In this document: positions 10,526 through 19,054 of the stretch, in pieces
Numbering within the stretch: the first letter of the stretch is position 1
Layout of the letters: each line of letters starts with the position of its first letter
NCBI GenBank assembly: GCA_015478725.1
Contig: JADMIG010000002.1
Span: forward strand, 57,254-121,253
Origin: Chloroflexota bacterium
Lineage (GTDB): Bacteria > Chloroflexota > Limnocylindria > Limnocylindrales > CSP1-4
Reading direction: 5' to 3'
DNA length: 64,000 nt
Position numbers and translations under genes: made by a program
The notes under the pieces: model-generated
The model's input: the letters and a program-made list of their open reading frames with translations, nothing else
Told to the model about the DNA's origin: nothing
The model's database searches: none

Positions 10526-10554
10526 TTGGCGTGTGAGGCTGAAAGCGGTACAGT
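10526..10554 (+). promoter_or_regulatory. Putative sigma70 promoter of the candidate ncRNA
   Basis: TTGGCG-N17-TACAGT preceded by a relatively A/T-rich stretch. Confidence 0.55.
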
Positions 10555-10560
10555 ATCGTC

Positions 10561-10740
10561 GCTGCGAGAGCGGCCAGCTGCCCCAGCTCCAAGGTCATGG
10601 GTAGGTAGGGTCAGGGTAGTCGGTGCAGCCGACGTGATAGATGCCCTTGGCGCGATGGCAGAAGGCGTCCCGCTTCGGCGGATCGCACCTTCACCGGGAC
10701 AGCAGCGGAGCGGTTCCTTCGGGAACCGCTCCGTTCTTTC
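10561..10740 (+). ncRNA. Candidate structured small RNA, family unassigned (possibly 6S-like)
   Basis: Promoter upstream; 5' GCTGC pairs with GCAGC at 10702-10706; stems CTGCC/GGCAG, CCAAGG/CCTTGG, GTCGG/CCGAC; UUCG hairpin; intrinsic terminator; no credible ORF. Confidence 0.55.
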
Positions 10741-10744
10741 TGTT
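10706..10744 (+). terminator. Rho-independent terminator
   Basis: CGGAGCGGTTCC-TTCG-GGAACCGCTCCG followed by TTCTTTCTGTT. Confidence 0.85.
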
Positions 10745-10839
10745 CACCGCCGCCGACCACGTGGGCGCGCGGGTGCTGGATCCGACCGGCCCTTTTGAAA
10801 CGACCTGTGGTCTGTGCGATTCTCCGCTGCGTGGCGTGC

Positions 10840-11005
10840 ACCACAAGCGCCGAAACGATCCGGCGCTGGATCCGCGAGGGCAGCCTCCGGGCCACCTCGG
10901 TCGGCCTGCAGTACGCACCCGCCCCTCCCGTCCGGATGGCCGCGGACGATCTCGGGCGAGCCGATGCGCAACCAGGTCGCCGCGGTACGGCGGTCGACGC
11001 GCCGC
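10840..11005 (+). pseudogene. Decayed excisionase/MerR-like HTH gene
   Basis: SAETIRRWIREGSLRATSVG in one frame and PLPSGWPRTISGEPMRNQVAAVRRS in another; no intact N-terminus. Confidence 0.5.
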
Positions 11006-11079
11006 GGCAGATGTGATTCTCACAGGACGTTGTCGACAGCGGAGACCTGCCCGGCTTTCGCCGGATCCGACGACCGGCC

Positions 11080-11337
11080 GGGGTACGGCGCGACACACGC
11101 CGTTCCCGACAGGTGGTCTTCAGGCGGGCGTTGGTCACCGACTCCCCACGGGGCGCTGGCAGATCTGAGCGTGGATCGGGCTGGGCGGGCGCGGGGATCC
11201 TGCCCGATGCCCGGCTGAGGGCCACCTGTCACCGACCTCCAGACGAGCGCCCGCATGATGGCCATCTGCCGGAATCTCGAACGGAGGGCTGGCTCGATCC
11301 GATGGGCATCCTCGTCAAGGACGCGACCGGCAATCGC
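11080..11337 (+). repeat. Copy A of a ~255-bp diverged repeat (inverted copy at 25827-26079)
   Basis: Shared blocks include CAGGCGGGCGTTGGTCACCGACTC, CCTGTCACCGACCT, ATGGCCATCTGCCGGAA and GGCTCGATCCGATGGGCATCCTCGTCAA. Confidence 0.9.
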
Positions 11338-11398
11338 ATCCAGCGTTGGACCTGAGGCTGAAGCCATAACGTCGTTCGGCCGGTATCATCGACGCCTC

Positions 11399-11474
11399 GC
11401 GCCCGTAGCTCAGCGGATAGAGCGTCGGCCTCCGGAGCCGAAGGTCGCAGGTTCGAATCCTGTCGGGCGCGCCA
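11399..11474 (+). tRNA. tRNA-Arg (CCG)
   Basis: GCGCCCG acceptor stem, TCGGC-CT-CCG-GA-GCCGA anticodon arm, GGTTCGAATCC and CCA end. Confidence 0.97.
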
Positions 11475-11559
11475 TTGACATACGTTTCCGTGGTCGGCCG
11501 CGCCCAGGCAGCAGAGGAACGGATACCTGCGCCGGGAGAGCGAGCGCGAAGCCGTGCGC

Positions 11560-11760
11560 TTTCCATCGCCGCCAAGATTGATGAGCCACGCCGTCGTGCC
11601 ATTCGGGTGGCCGACCCAGCGTCGATCGTCAAGCATGATCATCGCGACGAACACTGGCCGCGCCTTCCCAGTCCTGCGACCGACGAGCGAAAGTGTGACG
11701 ATCTCCCCGCAATACGAAGGGACGCCGAGCCTGACGAGGACCCAGAGGATGCGACCCGAC
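11560..11760 (-). pseudogene. Fragment resembling a deazaflavin-dependent nitroreductase (Ddn-like) family protein
   Basis: Manual translation IVTLSLVGRRTGKARPVFVAMIMLDDRRWVGHPNGTTAWLINL; an in-frame stop lies just upstream, so it is N-truncated. Confidence 0.45.
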
Positions 11761-11788
11761 CGACACTACCCTGGCCGGCGTGCGAGAG

Positions 11789-12223
11789 TCACCCGCTGTG
11801 GCCCCCTTCGCGTGCCCTCAGCACGTACGTGTCCCTGGTAAGAGTGCGGAATGACTCCGCGATGATCGCCTCGAGCACGCCGAGGTCCACCTTGTCGAGA
11901 TCCCGGATGTAAATACACCCGACACCCGTTGTGTGAGGTCCTAGCTGCGCCAGTTGTGTGCCATACCGCCCGATGCCGTCGAGCAGATAGATCGTCATCG
12001 CGGCTTTGCGCGGCGCGAAACCAGCGGCCGTCGCATCGCCCTCTCGGCCGCTCCTGTACTTGTAGTGGTACTGACCAAAGCCGATCACGCTGCCGTACTG
12101 CAGACGTGGCGACTCCCCCGTGGCTCGAGACATGAGGTCGAGCAGCTGTTCGGCATCCGCTCGCCGTTTCGGAGACGTAACCCCATCAAGGTAGGCCCGG
12201 ATGTCCTCGCTGGCCTCAGCCAT
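11789..12223 (-). CDS. DUF1801 (YdhG-like) domain protein
   Basis: IGFGQYHYKYRSGREG, GFAPRKAA and LGPHTTGVGCIYI. Confidence 0.85.
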   Translation of the reverse strand: MAEASEDIRAYLDGVTSPKRRADAEQLLDLMSRATGESPRLQYGSVIGFGQYHYKYRSGREGDATAAGFAPRKAAMTIYLLDGIGRYGTQLAQLGPHTTGVGCIYIRDLDKVDLGVLEAIIAESFRTLTRDTYVLRAREGGHSG

Positions 12224-12369
12224 GGGTGACCCTCCCTTGCCTCGCACCTGTGCATCAATGACGCCGCCGGTTGTCCGCGGCGATTCCAATTACCCAATCC
12301 CTGTGAATATCAACTGGTCGTCGCGACAGTTCGTTCGAGTGTAGCGGCCGGCGTCGCGAAACCGAGTGC

Positions 12370-12714
12370 CTTGCGGGCGTCGATCGCTGCCCCCGACAGG
12401 TTGACGATTGCGCCGCACACCATGGTCCTCCATCGCATTGATCACGGGGTATTTGCCATGACGCAGCATCACAACCTCGTCAACGGAATCCCCATCGGGT
12501 CCGGGCGCACTGATGACCGCATTTGCTCCCTCGATCGCCTGGGCGACGGCGGTGGCGTCGGCGACCTGCCCAGCTGCGACCCGCACGCGCTCGCCGATCC
12601 GACCGACCTCCGTGGGTCGCGGACCAGCAGAGTCACGTCGTGACCCTTCGCGAGCGCCTGCTCGACGACGAGCTCACCGATACTGCCTGTGACTCCGAGC
12701 ACCGTGAGCTGCAT
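12370..12714 (-). pseudogene. Frameshifted NAD(P)H-binding (NAD_binding_10-like) oxidoreductase
   Basis: MQLTVLGVTGSIGELVVEQALAKGHDVTLLVRDP continues in another frame as GQVADATAVAQAIEGANAVISA...AMEDHGVRR, then truncates. Confidence 0.75.
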
Positions 12715-12835
12715 CAGCCGATTCTGGCGAACGACAGCTCGGTAGGCGGAGCAACCGTAGCCCTGACTGGCAGAGAGGGTCGTGACATTCATCCCGTTCG
12801 AGCTCGTATCGCTCACTTGGCTGCATGCCGCCCAC

Positions 12836-12859
12836 GTCCGACTCCTGTCGGGCGCGCCA
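12836..12859 (+). repeat. Duplicated 3' end of tRNA-Arg (attR-like site)
   Basis: GTCCGACTCCTGTCGGGCGCGCCA versus tRNA 11451-11474 GTTCGAATCCTGTCGGGCGCGCCA: 22/24 match, last 17 bp identical. Confidence 0.85.
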
Positions 12860-12913
12860 CGAACACGCGTTCTATGTTGCTCAGGTTGCATGCGCCGGTC
12901 GGGCGCTCCGCCC

Positions 12914-13807
12914 CTACGTTCGACTCGGACTCCCGAGGCTGTCCACGAGTTGAACAAGCCATCGGTCGAATGCGTCTGCGAAGTCGTCGCCGAGGACGTC
13001 GAGATTCGGCTGGGGGAGCCCCTCGCTCGTGATCCGGTCCCGCAGAGACTCGACGACCCGCCGTGCCTCGATCGCGCGCACGGACGGAGACATCCCATCC
13101 TGCTTATGGAAACGAAGCACTTCGAGCGCCACACCGAACCGGGTCACCCAGTCGGGCTGGGCGATGGGCGGTCGGAGTCCCGGGAGGATCTCGCCTGGCT
13201 TGGTCGGGACGAGACGCCGCTCATTGCCCACGGTCCGTGCCTCGAGCAAGCCCGCCAGCATGAGCGCGTCCACGGCGAAGGCGACATTGGGCTTTGTGAA
13301 GCGCGTCTTGCGGGCAAGGTCGGCGACACTCAGACCGATCTGCGGAGCGGCCAACAGAGCCGCGAGCACGTCGGCCCGGGCATTCACCCCGAACGCGGCG
13401 CGCAGGCGGATGCGCAGTCGCGACTGTGACCGGGCCGATTCGAGTCGAGCCTTTCCTCGTGACGAGTACCCGGGGCGCGGCTGAGTCGCCATCGGCCAGG
13501 CCGGACCCCCGGCGGCGGCGACCGTGGCCACGTACTCGCCGATCGCTTCGGGTGGGGTCTTGAGCTCGCGCGCCACCTGCTTGAGACGCGATCCGTTGAC
13601 GTACCGGCCGTAGGCGACGCACCAGTCGGTGCTGACATCGCGCAGGCGCGCATCGGCATCGCCCAGCTCTGCCGTGAGCGCGATGAGCGCTTCGGGATCG
13701 ACCACGGCGTCGTCGGACTCGCCGACCGCGTCGACCCCGAGCGCGATCCATTGGATCCACGCCCGGTTGAGCAGGGCACTCTGGAGCGTGCTAGTCGAGC
13801 CAGCCAT
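12914..13807 (-). CDS. Uncharacterised protein with a C-terminal winged-HTH-like region, coupled to the nucleotidyltransferase
   Basis: WIQWIALGV...VVDPEALI...LRIRLRAAFGVNARADVLAALL...SVADLARKTRFTKPNVAFAVDAL; start overlaps the upstream stop. Confidence 0.7.
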   Translation of the reverse strand: MAGSTSTLQSALLNRAWIQWIALGVDAVGESDDAVVDPEALIALTAELGDADARLRDVSTDWCVAYGRYVNGSRLKQVARELKTPPEAIGEYVATVAAAGGPAWPMATQPRPGYSSRGKARLESARSQSRLRIRLRAAFGVNARADVLAALLAAPQIGLSVADLARKTRFTKPNVAFAVDALMLAGLLEARTVGNERRLVPTKPGEILPGLRPPIAQPDWVTRFGVALEVLRFHKQDGMSPSVRAIEARRVVESLRDRITSEGLPQPNLDVLGDDFADAFDRWLVQLVDSLGSPSRT

Positions 13808-14381
13808 CGGCGTCGTCCACCCCGAGTCGGCGGAGCGTTTCGATGAGCAGTGATCGGTAACCGGGCGATGGATCGTGCGTGACGGTCCAGCGAGCAGCGG
13901 CGAGGAGTTCGTCGCGGCCCGGACCGAGTTCGCGCAGGTCCTGTATGTGCCGGCTCCGAGGTCCCTGGTCGACGGCCGCGTAGAACTTGAAACAGACCAT
14001 GTCGAATCGACCCGCGAGCCAGGCGACGAGACCGCGGTAGTCGTGTCGTTCGAGGCGCCCTGAGAAGCCGTCAGGAAGGCCCAGATCGAGCAGCGACTCG
14101 GGACCGAGGTTGACCCAGTCGCTGGCGAGTCCGTAGGTGCGCGCGACGTCAACGACTGCGATGCGGAGCGGTTCGGGCATGGGCCGCATGGGCTTGATTC
14201 CGTCGCTCGTCCACTCGCCGAGAAGGTCGAGATCCTTCGTGGCGGGTCGCGTGACGAGCCCGCGCAGGATGAGGTTGCCGCCCCCGATGAGGACGACCTC
14301 ATAGTGGAGCCAGCGGGCCTCGAGGAGTTCTCCGAGTGCCCGGAGCGCTGTCTCGAGCTGGGTTCGTCCGATCGATGTCAT
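13791..14381 (-). CDS. DUF6036-like (AbiEii-related) nucleotidyltransferase
   Basis: VLIGGGNL, RPATKDLDLL, DWVNLGP, MVCFKFYAA and RHIQDL motifs. Confidence 0.8.
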   Translation of the reverse strand: MTSIGRTQLETALRALGELLEARWLHYEVVLIGGGNLILRGLVTRPATKDLDLLGEWTSDGIKPMRPMPEPLRIAVVDVARTYGLASDWVNLGPESLLDLGLPDGFSGRLERHDYRGLVAWLAGRFDMVCFKFYAAVDQGPRSRHIQDLRELGPGRDELLAAARWTVTHDPSPGYRSLLIETLRRLGVDDADGWLD

Positions 14382-14627
14382 TCCTCGACTGTAGACGGGC
14401 GCCATGAAAGAGTCAATCTATCGAATCGATGCAATGAGTCTTCTTAATAGAGCACATGACCGAGCTTTTCTCGGTTCTCGCCGGTGGGTGGGCAGGCATC
14501 GGCCATGCACTGACATACCAGACGCGGCGATCATTTAGCCGACAACAGGCTGTCCGGGATCCGGATATCTGAGCCCTGTCCCGCCAAGTAGTCACACAAC
14601 GGGCCCGGCGGCTGCTATGATGACCAC

Positions 14628-14894
14628 ATGGACGTGGGCATTCGCGACCTCAAGGCACGCCTTTCAGAGCACCTCGACCGGGTGGCCCATGGTGAGGTGA
14701 TCACGGTCACCAGCCGTGGCCGACGCGTGGCGCAGATCGTGCCCATCCTGGGACGGGACAGCCTGGATCGCGGCCTCGCGGAGGGCTGGGTCACGCGTCA
14801 GGTGGAGCGCCCCCCTGAGCCGGTCCTCCGTCAGCGGCCACTTCCCGGAACACTGACGACGACCCAGCTGATCTCTCGGGACCGGGGGGCATGA
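14628..14894 (+). CDS. Phd/YefM family antitoxin
   Basis: VGIRDLKARLSEHLDRVAHGEVITVTSRGRRVAQIVP. Confidence 0.92.
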   Translation: MDVGIRDLKARLSEHLDRVAHGEVITVTSRGRRVAQIVPILGRDSLDRGLAEGWVTRQVERPPEPVLRQRPLPGTLTTTQLISRDRGA

Positions 14895-15295
14895 CGCTCT
14901 ATGTCGACAGCAGCGTGCTGATCAAGCGGTACGTCGCGGAGGACGACAGCGAGGATGCCGATGCGATCCTGCTCGGCGACACCGAATGGGTCACCGGTCG
15001 CCACTCGTTCGTCGAGGTTCTTCTGGCGATCCACCGCCGACTCGGGGATACGGAGCGTCACGTGGCGACGACGGCGTTCGAGCGTGACTGGCAACGCACG
15101 TTCGTTGTGGCTCTCGACGACGTGGTGTGCCGTCGCGCCGCGGAGCTCGGCATCGTCACCGGAGCTCGCTCCCTCGATGCCCTGCACCTGGCGGCGGCCG
15201 AGCGAGCTGGGGGCCGATCGGTGCCGATCGTCACGTTCGATGTGCGGCTCGCGCAAGCTGGCCGGTCCCTGGGGTTCGCGGTGATCGGGTCGTAG
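14891..15295 (+). CDS. vapC: VapC PIN-domain toxin
   Basis: LYVDSSVLIKRY, EV, RSLDALHLAAA and VTFDVRL; ATGA overlap with the antitoxin. Confidence 0.92.
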   Translation: MTLYVDSSVLIKRYVAEDDSEDADAILLGDTEWVTGRHSFVEVLLAIHRRLGDTERHVATTAFERDWQRTFVVALDDVVCRRAAELGIVTGARSLDALHLAAAERAGGRSVPIVTFDVRLAQAGRSLGFAVIGS

Positions 15296-15609
15296 CGGAC
15301 GGCCCGCTTCGGCGCTCACGCCAGGAGCGCACCGACACGCTCGAGGGGTCGCTGCGACGGATGGGCGGTCACGCCATCGTTCAAGAAGGCCCGAGCGCAA
15401 CCACCCGCCAAGGCAGCATCGGCACCCGCACGCGCGACGACCAACGGCGAGGTCGGCACCCTCGTGGAGCTGGTCCAGATGATCCGGCGACGGGAGCCGC
15501 CGCTGAAGCCGGCGCCCGTGATCCTTCGTTTGGGCGGACCGACACCGTGCGCCGATCGTCGGGCCTTGGTGGGGCCTGCTAGCGTGAGCTCGCCGAGGGT
15601 CCCGCAGTC

Positions 15610-15800
15610 GGTCCATCGCGACGCCGCTTCGGCTACTTCCTCCGGGTCGAACCAGAGTGGAAGCTGCCTGTACCCCACCGAATCAGCTGTCGGGTTGGCG
15701 TGCTCGCGGTCGAGGTAGCTGTTGAACTCGGCAACCAGGGCGGCCATGGCCGCCATGGCCGCCACGAACCCCTGACGGTGCTCTTCCAGCGACAGCATCG
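15610..15800 (-). pseudogene. C-terminal remnant of an ArsR/HTH_20-like regulator
   Basis: EEHRQGFVAAM...LVAEFNSYLDREHANPTADSVGYRQLPLWFDPEE resembles actinobacterial HTH_20 protein C-termini; the HTH is missing. Confidence 0.5.
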
Positions 15801-15843
15801 ACAGACGCCGCGGGCGACGATCGAGTGTCAACGTCCGGGGGCG

Positions 15844-17094
15844 TCAGGCTCGAATCGCGTCATCGAGCACATCGAGCTCGGCACTGCCCAGGTCCAGGGG
15901 CCGGACCGTGTCGCGCCAGGTGGCGAGCGCCGCCCGGACCTCGTCGATGATGACCTCCGACTCCGATCCCGACAACCGGTAGAACGGGGCCGTCTCGCGC
16001 AGGACGTCGAGATCGCCCCGGTGGACCGCGCCATCAAGGGACAGCTCGTGCTCGGGCTTGCGAGGCGTGGGGTTCAGGTCGAAGGCCGGGGCCAGCCGCC
16101 AGCCCTCGGGCGTCCGCAGGTAGCCGTGGTTGCGCAGGTGGTCGTCACGGTGTGACGCCACGACGTTGAAGGCGGCACGCCGGAACAGCTGGGCCAGGTC
16201 CTCGCGGATCCAGCCGGGCGCCCCGTGGTCGGCGATGGCGAGGGCGATGTCGAGATAGCTCGCGTCGTCACGGTCGCGTCGAGACGTCATCGTCATCGCC
16301 GAGATGTAGAGGCGTCGCGTCCCGGGGGCCCGGTCGAACCGCCTCGCGGCGAAGATGCGGTGCCCATCATCGAGCGTCAGGAGCCGGTGCTCGGGCACCG
16401 CGATCCCGGCGCGGACCGCGAGGTCATTGAGCACGTACTCGCAGGCGCCGACATCATGGCGATCCATCCGCGACGGGAACTTGGCGATCCAGAGCGCGCC
16501 GCTCGCGCCCTCGAAGGTGGCCTTGGGTCGCGCGCCGCCGAGCGAGCTGCCCGGCGCGAGCAGGAGGGCCAACCGCTCCGCCTCGAGCGACCGAGCGCCG
16601 CGCGAGGGATGTTCGAGCTCCCGCGCGGCTGCTTCGAGCTCGCGGAGGCCGGCAATCGGCGGCACGCCCGGAGGCTCGTCGTCGAGGTACCGGCCGTCTC
16701 CGTCGACAAACCGGAGCGCCCCCATGCGCGAGAAGTCGCTGACGCCAAGCAGGAACTCCCACTCCCCGAGGGTCCGCCGGTGACGCCCCTCGGCACGGGC
16801 CAGGACGGCCTCCTGGCGCTCGAGGAGCGTCCGGCCCCAGCGGTCCGGCGCGGCGTCGGTGAAGACTGCGGCGATGCCGTCGCCGGCCCGCGGATACTGG
16901 TCGCCGGCGTACGGACCGTGAGCGGGGTCGATGACGAAGGCGTCGCGTCGGGCGAGCCAGGCCTCGTCATACCCGAACGCCACGACCGCGCCGGACGGCG
17001 ATGGGACCCGACGCAGCGTGCCCACACGGACCGGGCCGCCGAGCTCCGCGGCATCGAGCTCGACGATCACCTCGTGGGGCAGCTCGCGACTCAT
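15844..17094 (-). CDS. hipA: HipA-family Ser/Thr kinase toxin
   Basis: DAAPDRWGR, GSSLGGARPKA, WIAKFPS, RRFDR, DDHLRNHG and LAPAFDLNP. Confidence 0.93.
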   Translation of the reverse strand: MSRELPHEVIVELDAAELGGPVRVGTLRRVPSPSGAVVAFGYDEAWLARRDAFVIDPAHGPYAGDQYPRAGDGIAAVFTDAAPDRWGRTLLERQEAVLARAEGRHRRTLGEWEFLLGVSDFSRMGALRFVDGDGRYLDDEPPGVPPIAGLRELEAAARELEHPSRGARSLEAERLALLLAPGSSLGGARPKATFEGASGALWIAKFPSRMDRHDVGACEYVLNDLAVRAGIAVPEHRLLTLDDGHRIFAARRFDRAPGTRRLYISAMTMTSRRDRDDASYLDIALAIADHGAPGWIREDLAQLFRRAAFNVVASHRDDHLRNHGYLRTPEGWRLAPAFDLNPTPRKPEHELSLDGAVHRGDLDVLRETAPFYRLSGSESEVIIDEVRAALATWRDTVRPLDLGSAELDVLDDAIRA

Positions 17095-17411
17095 CGGTCC
17101 GTGGTCCGCTTCATGCGCCGCGTGGGCCGGACGACGGCGTCGGCGAGCCGGCGGCCGAGCTCATCGTCCGCGGCGACGCGGGCGATGTCCTCGTCAAGCC
17201 CCAGGACGCCGAGCGCCCGGACGAGGACACCGAGCCCGACCGAGAGGTCCCCGTGCTCGAGGCTGTAGAGGGTCATGCGGGAGACGTCCATTCGCTCGGC
17301 CATCTCGGTCGCGGACATGCGCCGGCGTAGGCGGGCAAGGCGCACGCGGTCTCCCAGCGACTCCGCGAGCCGCTGGTAGCGCGGGAACGATGGCAGCGTC
17401 TGCTTGCTCAT
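17091..17411 (-). CDS. XRE-family HTH antitoxin (HipB-like)
   Basis: LGDRVRLARLRRRMSATEMAERMDVSRMTLYSLEHG; stop overlaps the hipA start. Confidence 0.9.
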   Translation of the reverse strand: MSKQTLPSFPRYQRLAESLGDRVRLARLRRRMSATEMAERMDVSRMTLYSLEHGDLSVGLGVLVRALGVLGLDEDIARVAADDELGRRLADAVVRPTRRMKRTTDR

Positions 17412-17458
17412 GTCCAATATGTTAGACGGTAGGGTCGCTATCGTCAAGCTATTTGGAC
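17412..17458. promoter_or_regulatory. Imperfect inverted repeat over the hipBA promoter (putative operator)
   Basis: GTCCAA...GACGGTAG / CTATCGTC...TTGGAC; TAACAT -10-like hexamer on the minus strand 7 nt before the ATG. Confidence 0.5.
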
Positions 17459-17626
17459 ACTCGGTTGGTGCCGCCGCGGGATCGGGATCCGGACGACAAC
17501 GTGAGGGCGTCCACCGTGTTCGGCAGGCGATGGGCGAAAACGATCCGCCGCCGATCCGAGCCCGCGCGCTTCGTGCTTGTGACATATGATTGCGGGCGCA
17601 ACCACCGCGCAGGAGAGAAGTCCCTG

Positions 17627-18256
17627 ATGACCACCCAGTCAATCCCGCCGCCGTTCACGGCACCCGCACCGACCGAGCGCATCGAGCGCGTGGCTGAGGC
17701 CCTCGGGCGCCACAACATCGAGGCGATCGTCGTCGCGATGGGTGCGGAGGCCCGAGAACGGGTGCTCTCGATGATCCCAGCGGGCGCCGAGGTCCACTGG
17801 AGCAAGTCGCGGACGCTCGAGGAGATCGGCCTCACGGCGGACCTGCTCGCGGATGGCCGCTATGACGCCCTCCGACCGCGGTACCTCGCGATGGATCGGG
17901 CGACCCAGGGCCGCGAGATCCGCAAGCTCGTCGGCGCCCCGGACTTCATGCTCGGCAGCGTTCAGGCGATCACCGACGACGGCGCCCTGGTGGTCGTGTC
18001 CTACTCGGCCAGCCAGATCGGTCCGTATGCGAGCGGAGCCGGCCGGGTCATCCTCGTCGTCGGCGGCCAGAAGATCGTGGCCGATCTCGATGAAGGCCTG
18101 CGCCGCGCCCGCGAACATGTCCTCCCGTACGAGGACGCGTCCCTTCGGGCGCAGCTCGGAGTTCCGACCCGGCTTGCCGAGCTGCTCGTCATCTACGAGG
18201 CGGCGCGACCGGGTCGGATTACGGTGGTTCTGGTCCGCGAGGCGGTCGGCGTCTGA
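17627..18256 (+). CDS. LUD-domain (lactate utilisation / LutC-like) protein
   Basis: SRTLEEIG, GSVQAITDDG, ASQIGPYA and VVGGQKIV; AGGAG RBS. Confidence 0.85.
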   Translation: MTTQSIPPPFTAPAPTERIERVAEALGRHNIEAIVVAMGAEARERVLSMIPAGAEVHWSKSRTLEEIGLTADLLADGRYDALRPRYLAMDRATQGREIRKLVGAPDFMLGSVQAITDDGALVVVSYSASQIGPYASGAGRVILVVGGQKIVADLDEGLRRAREHVLPYEDASLRAQLGVPTRLAELLVIYEAARPGRITVVLVREAVGV

Positions 18257-18316
18257 CGATCGTTCTGCCGGGCGCCCGGGTGGGCGCCCGGCGATCCATG
18301 CCCGGCGCGGCTGGCT

Positions 18317-18880
18317 TCAGCCGAGGACGATGAGGTCCGTCGTGATCGGGATGGGGTTCGCCAGGCAGTCGCGGACCGGCGAGGTGTCCTGGACGTACTG
18401 GCAGAGCTCCTCGAGCTGCTCGGTGGTCGCATTCGGGCTCTTCACCCAGCCGGTGGCGCGGATCGCGCTGAAGCCGGCCCGCGGTCCGCCGAGGCCGACG
18501 AAGGTTCGCAGGTCGAGATCGCCCTCGATCTCATAGCGCAGCTCGGTGATGTCGATGCCTCGGGCGGCCGCGTTGTAGACGTAGCCGACCGCGTAGCAGA
18601 AGCCGAGCGCCTGGAGCAGGAGCTCGACCGCGTTCGGGCCCTCGTTCGAGCCGAGGAGGACCGGCGGTTCGTCGCCGATGAGGCGGAAGGCCTCGGGCCG
18701 CACCGCCGGCTGGCCGGCATGGACGAAGTCCTTGATCTCGCCGTCGTTGCGGGCGCCGGAGCGCCAGGTGCTCGATGCCTTGAACGTGAAGGCGCCGACG
18801 TTCGGGTCCTGCTGGACGGCCCCGATCGTGGCGATGAGCTGCTCGACGTTGACACCGTTCCGAGCGGTGATGGTGGCCAT
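18317..18880 (-). CDS. OsmC-family protein
   Basis: NGVNVEQL, DEPPVLLGSNEGPNAVELLLQALGFC, EGDLDLR and TSPVRD. Confidence 0.9.
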   Translation of the reverse strand: MATITARNGVNVEQLIATIGAVQQDPNVGAFTFKASSTWRSGARNDGEIKDFVHAGQPAVRPEAFRLIGDEPPVLLGSNEGPNAVELLLQALGFCYAVGYVYNAAARGIDITELRYEIEGDLDLRTFVGLGGPRAGFSAIRATGWVKSPNATTEQLEELCQYVQDTSPVRDCLANPIPITTDLIVLG

Positions 18881-18935
18881 TGGTCTGCCTCCTGTCCTGC
18901 GGTCACCTCAGGTGGATGACCGCTTCGGGAGTAGA

Positions 18936-19010
18936 GACGCCTCGCCGATCGAAGTTATTCCGTCGCCGCGCTCGGGCAGAAACGGGAATAATCGGCCCAG
19001 CCGCAACGTC
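18936..19010. promoter_or_regulatory. Pair of divergent ECF-type promoters, GGAATAA-N15-CGTC on each strand
   Basis: Plus strand: GGAATAA 18985-18991 and CGTC 19007-19010. Minus strand: GGAATAA 18961-18955 and CGTC 18939-18936. Confidence 0.75.
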
Positions 19011-19054
19011 AGGACGGACAAGCGGATCGCATGCACGCAGCCGCCGAGGGAGCG

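Noticed and set aside
10608..10630. GGTCAGG...GCAGCC resemblance to SRP RNA domain IV
   Set aside because: It lacks the intervening short stem, GNRA loop and AGCAG geometry required for SRP
15300..15600. Short open frames between vapC and the HTH remnant
   Set aside because: No recognisable motif or start signal; probably debris
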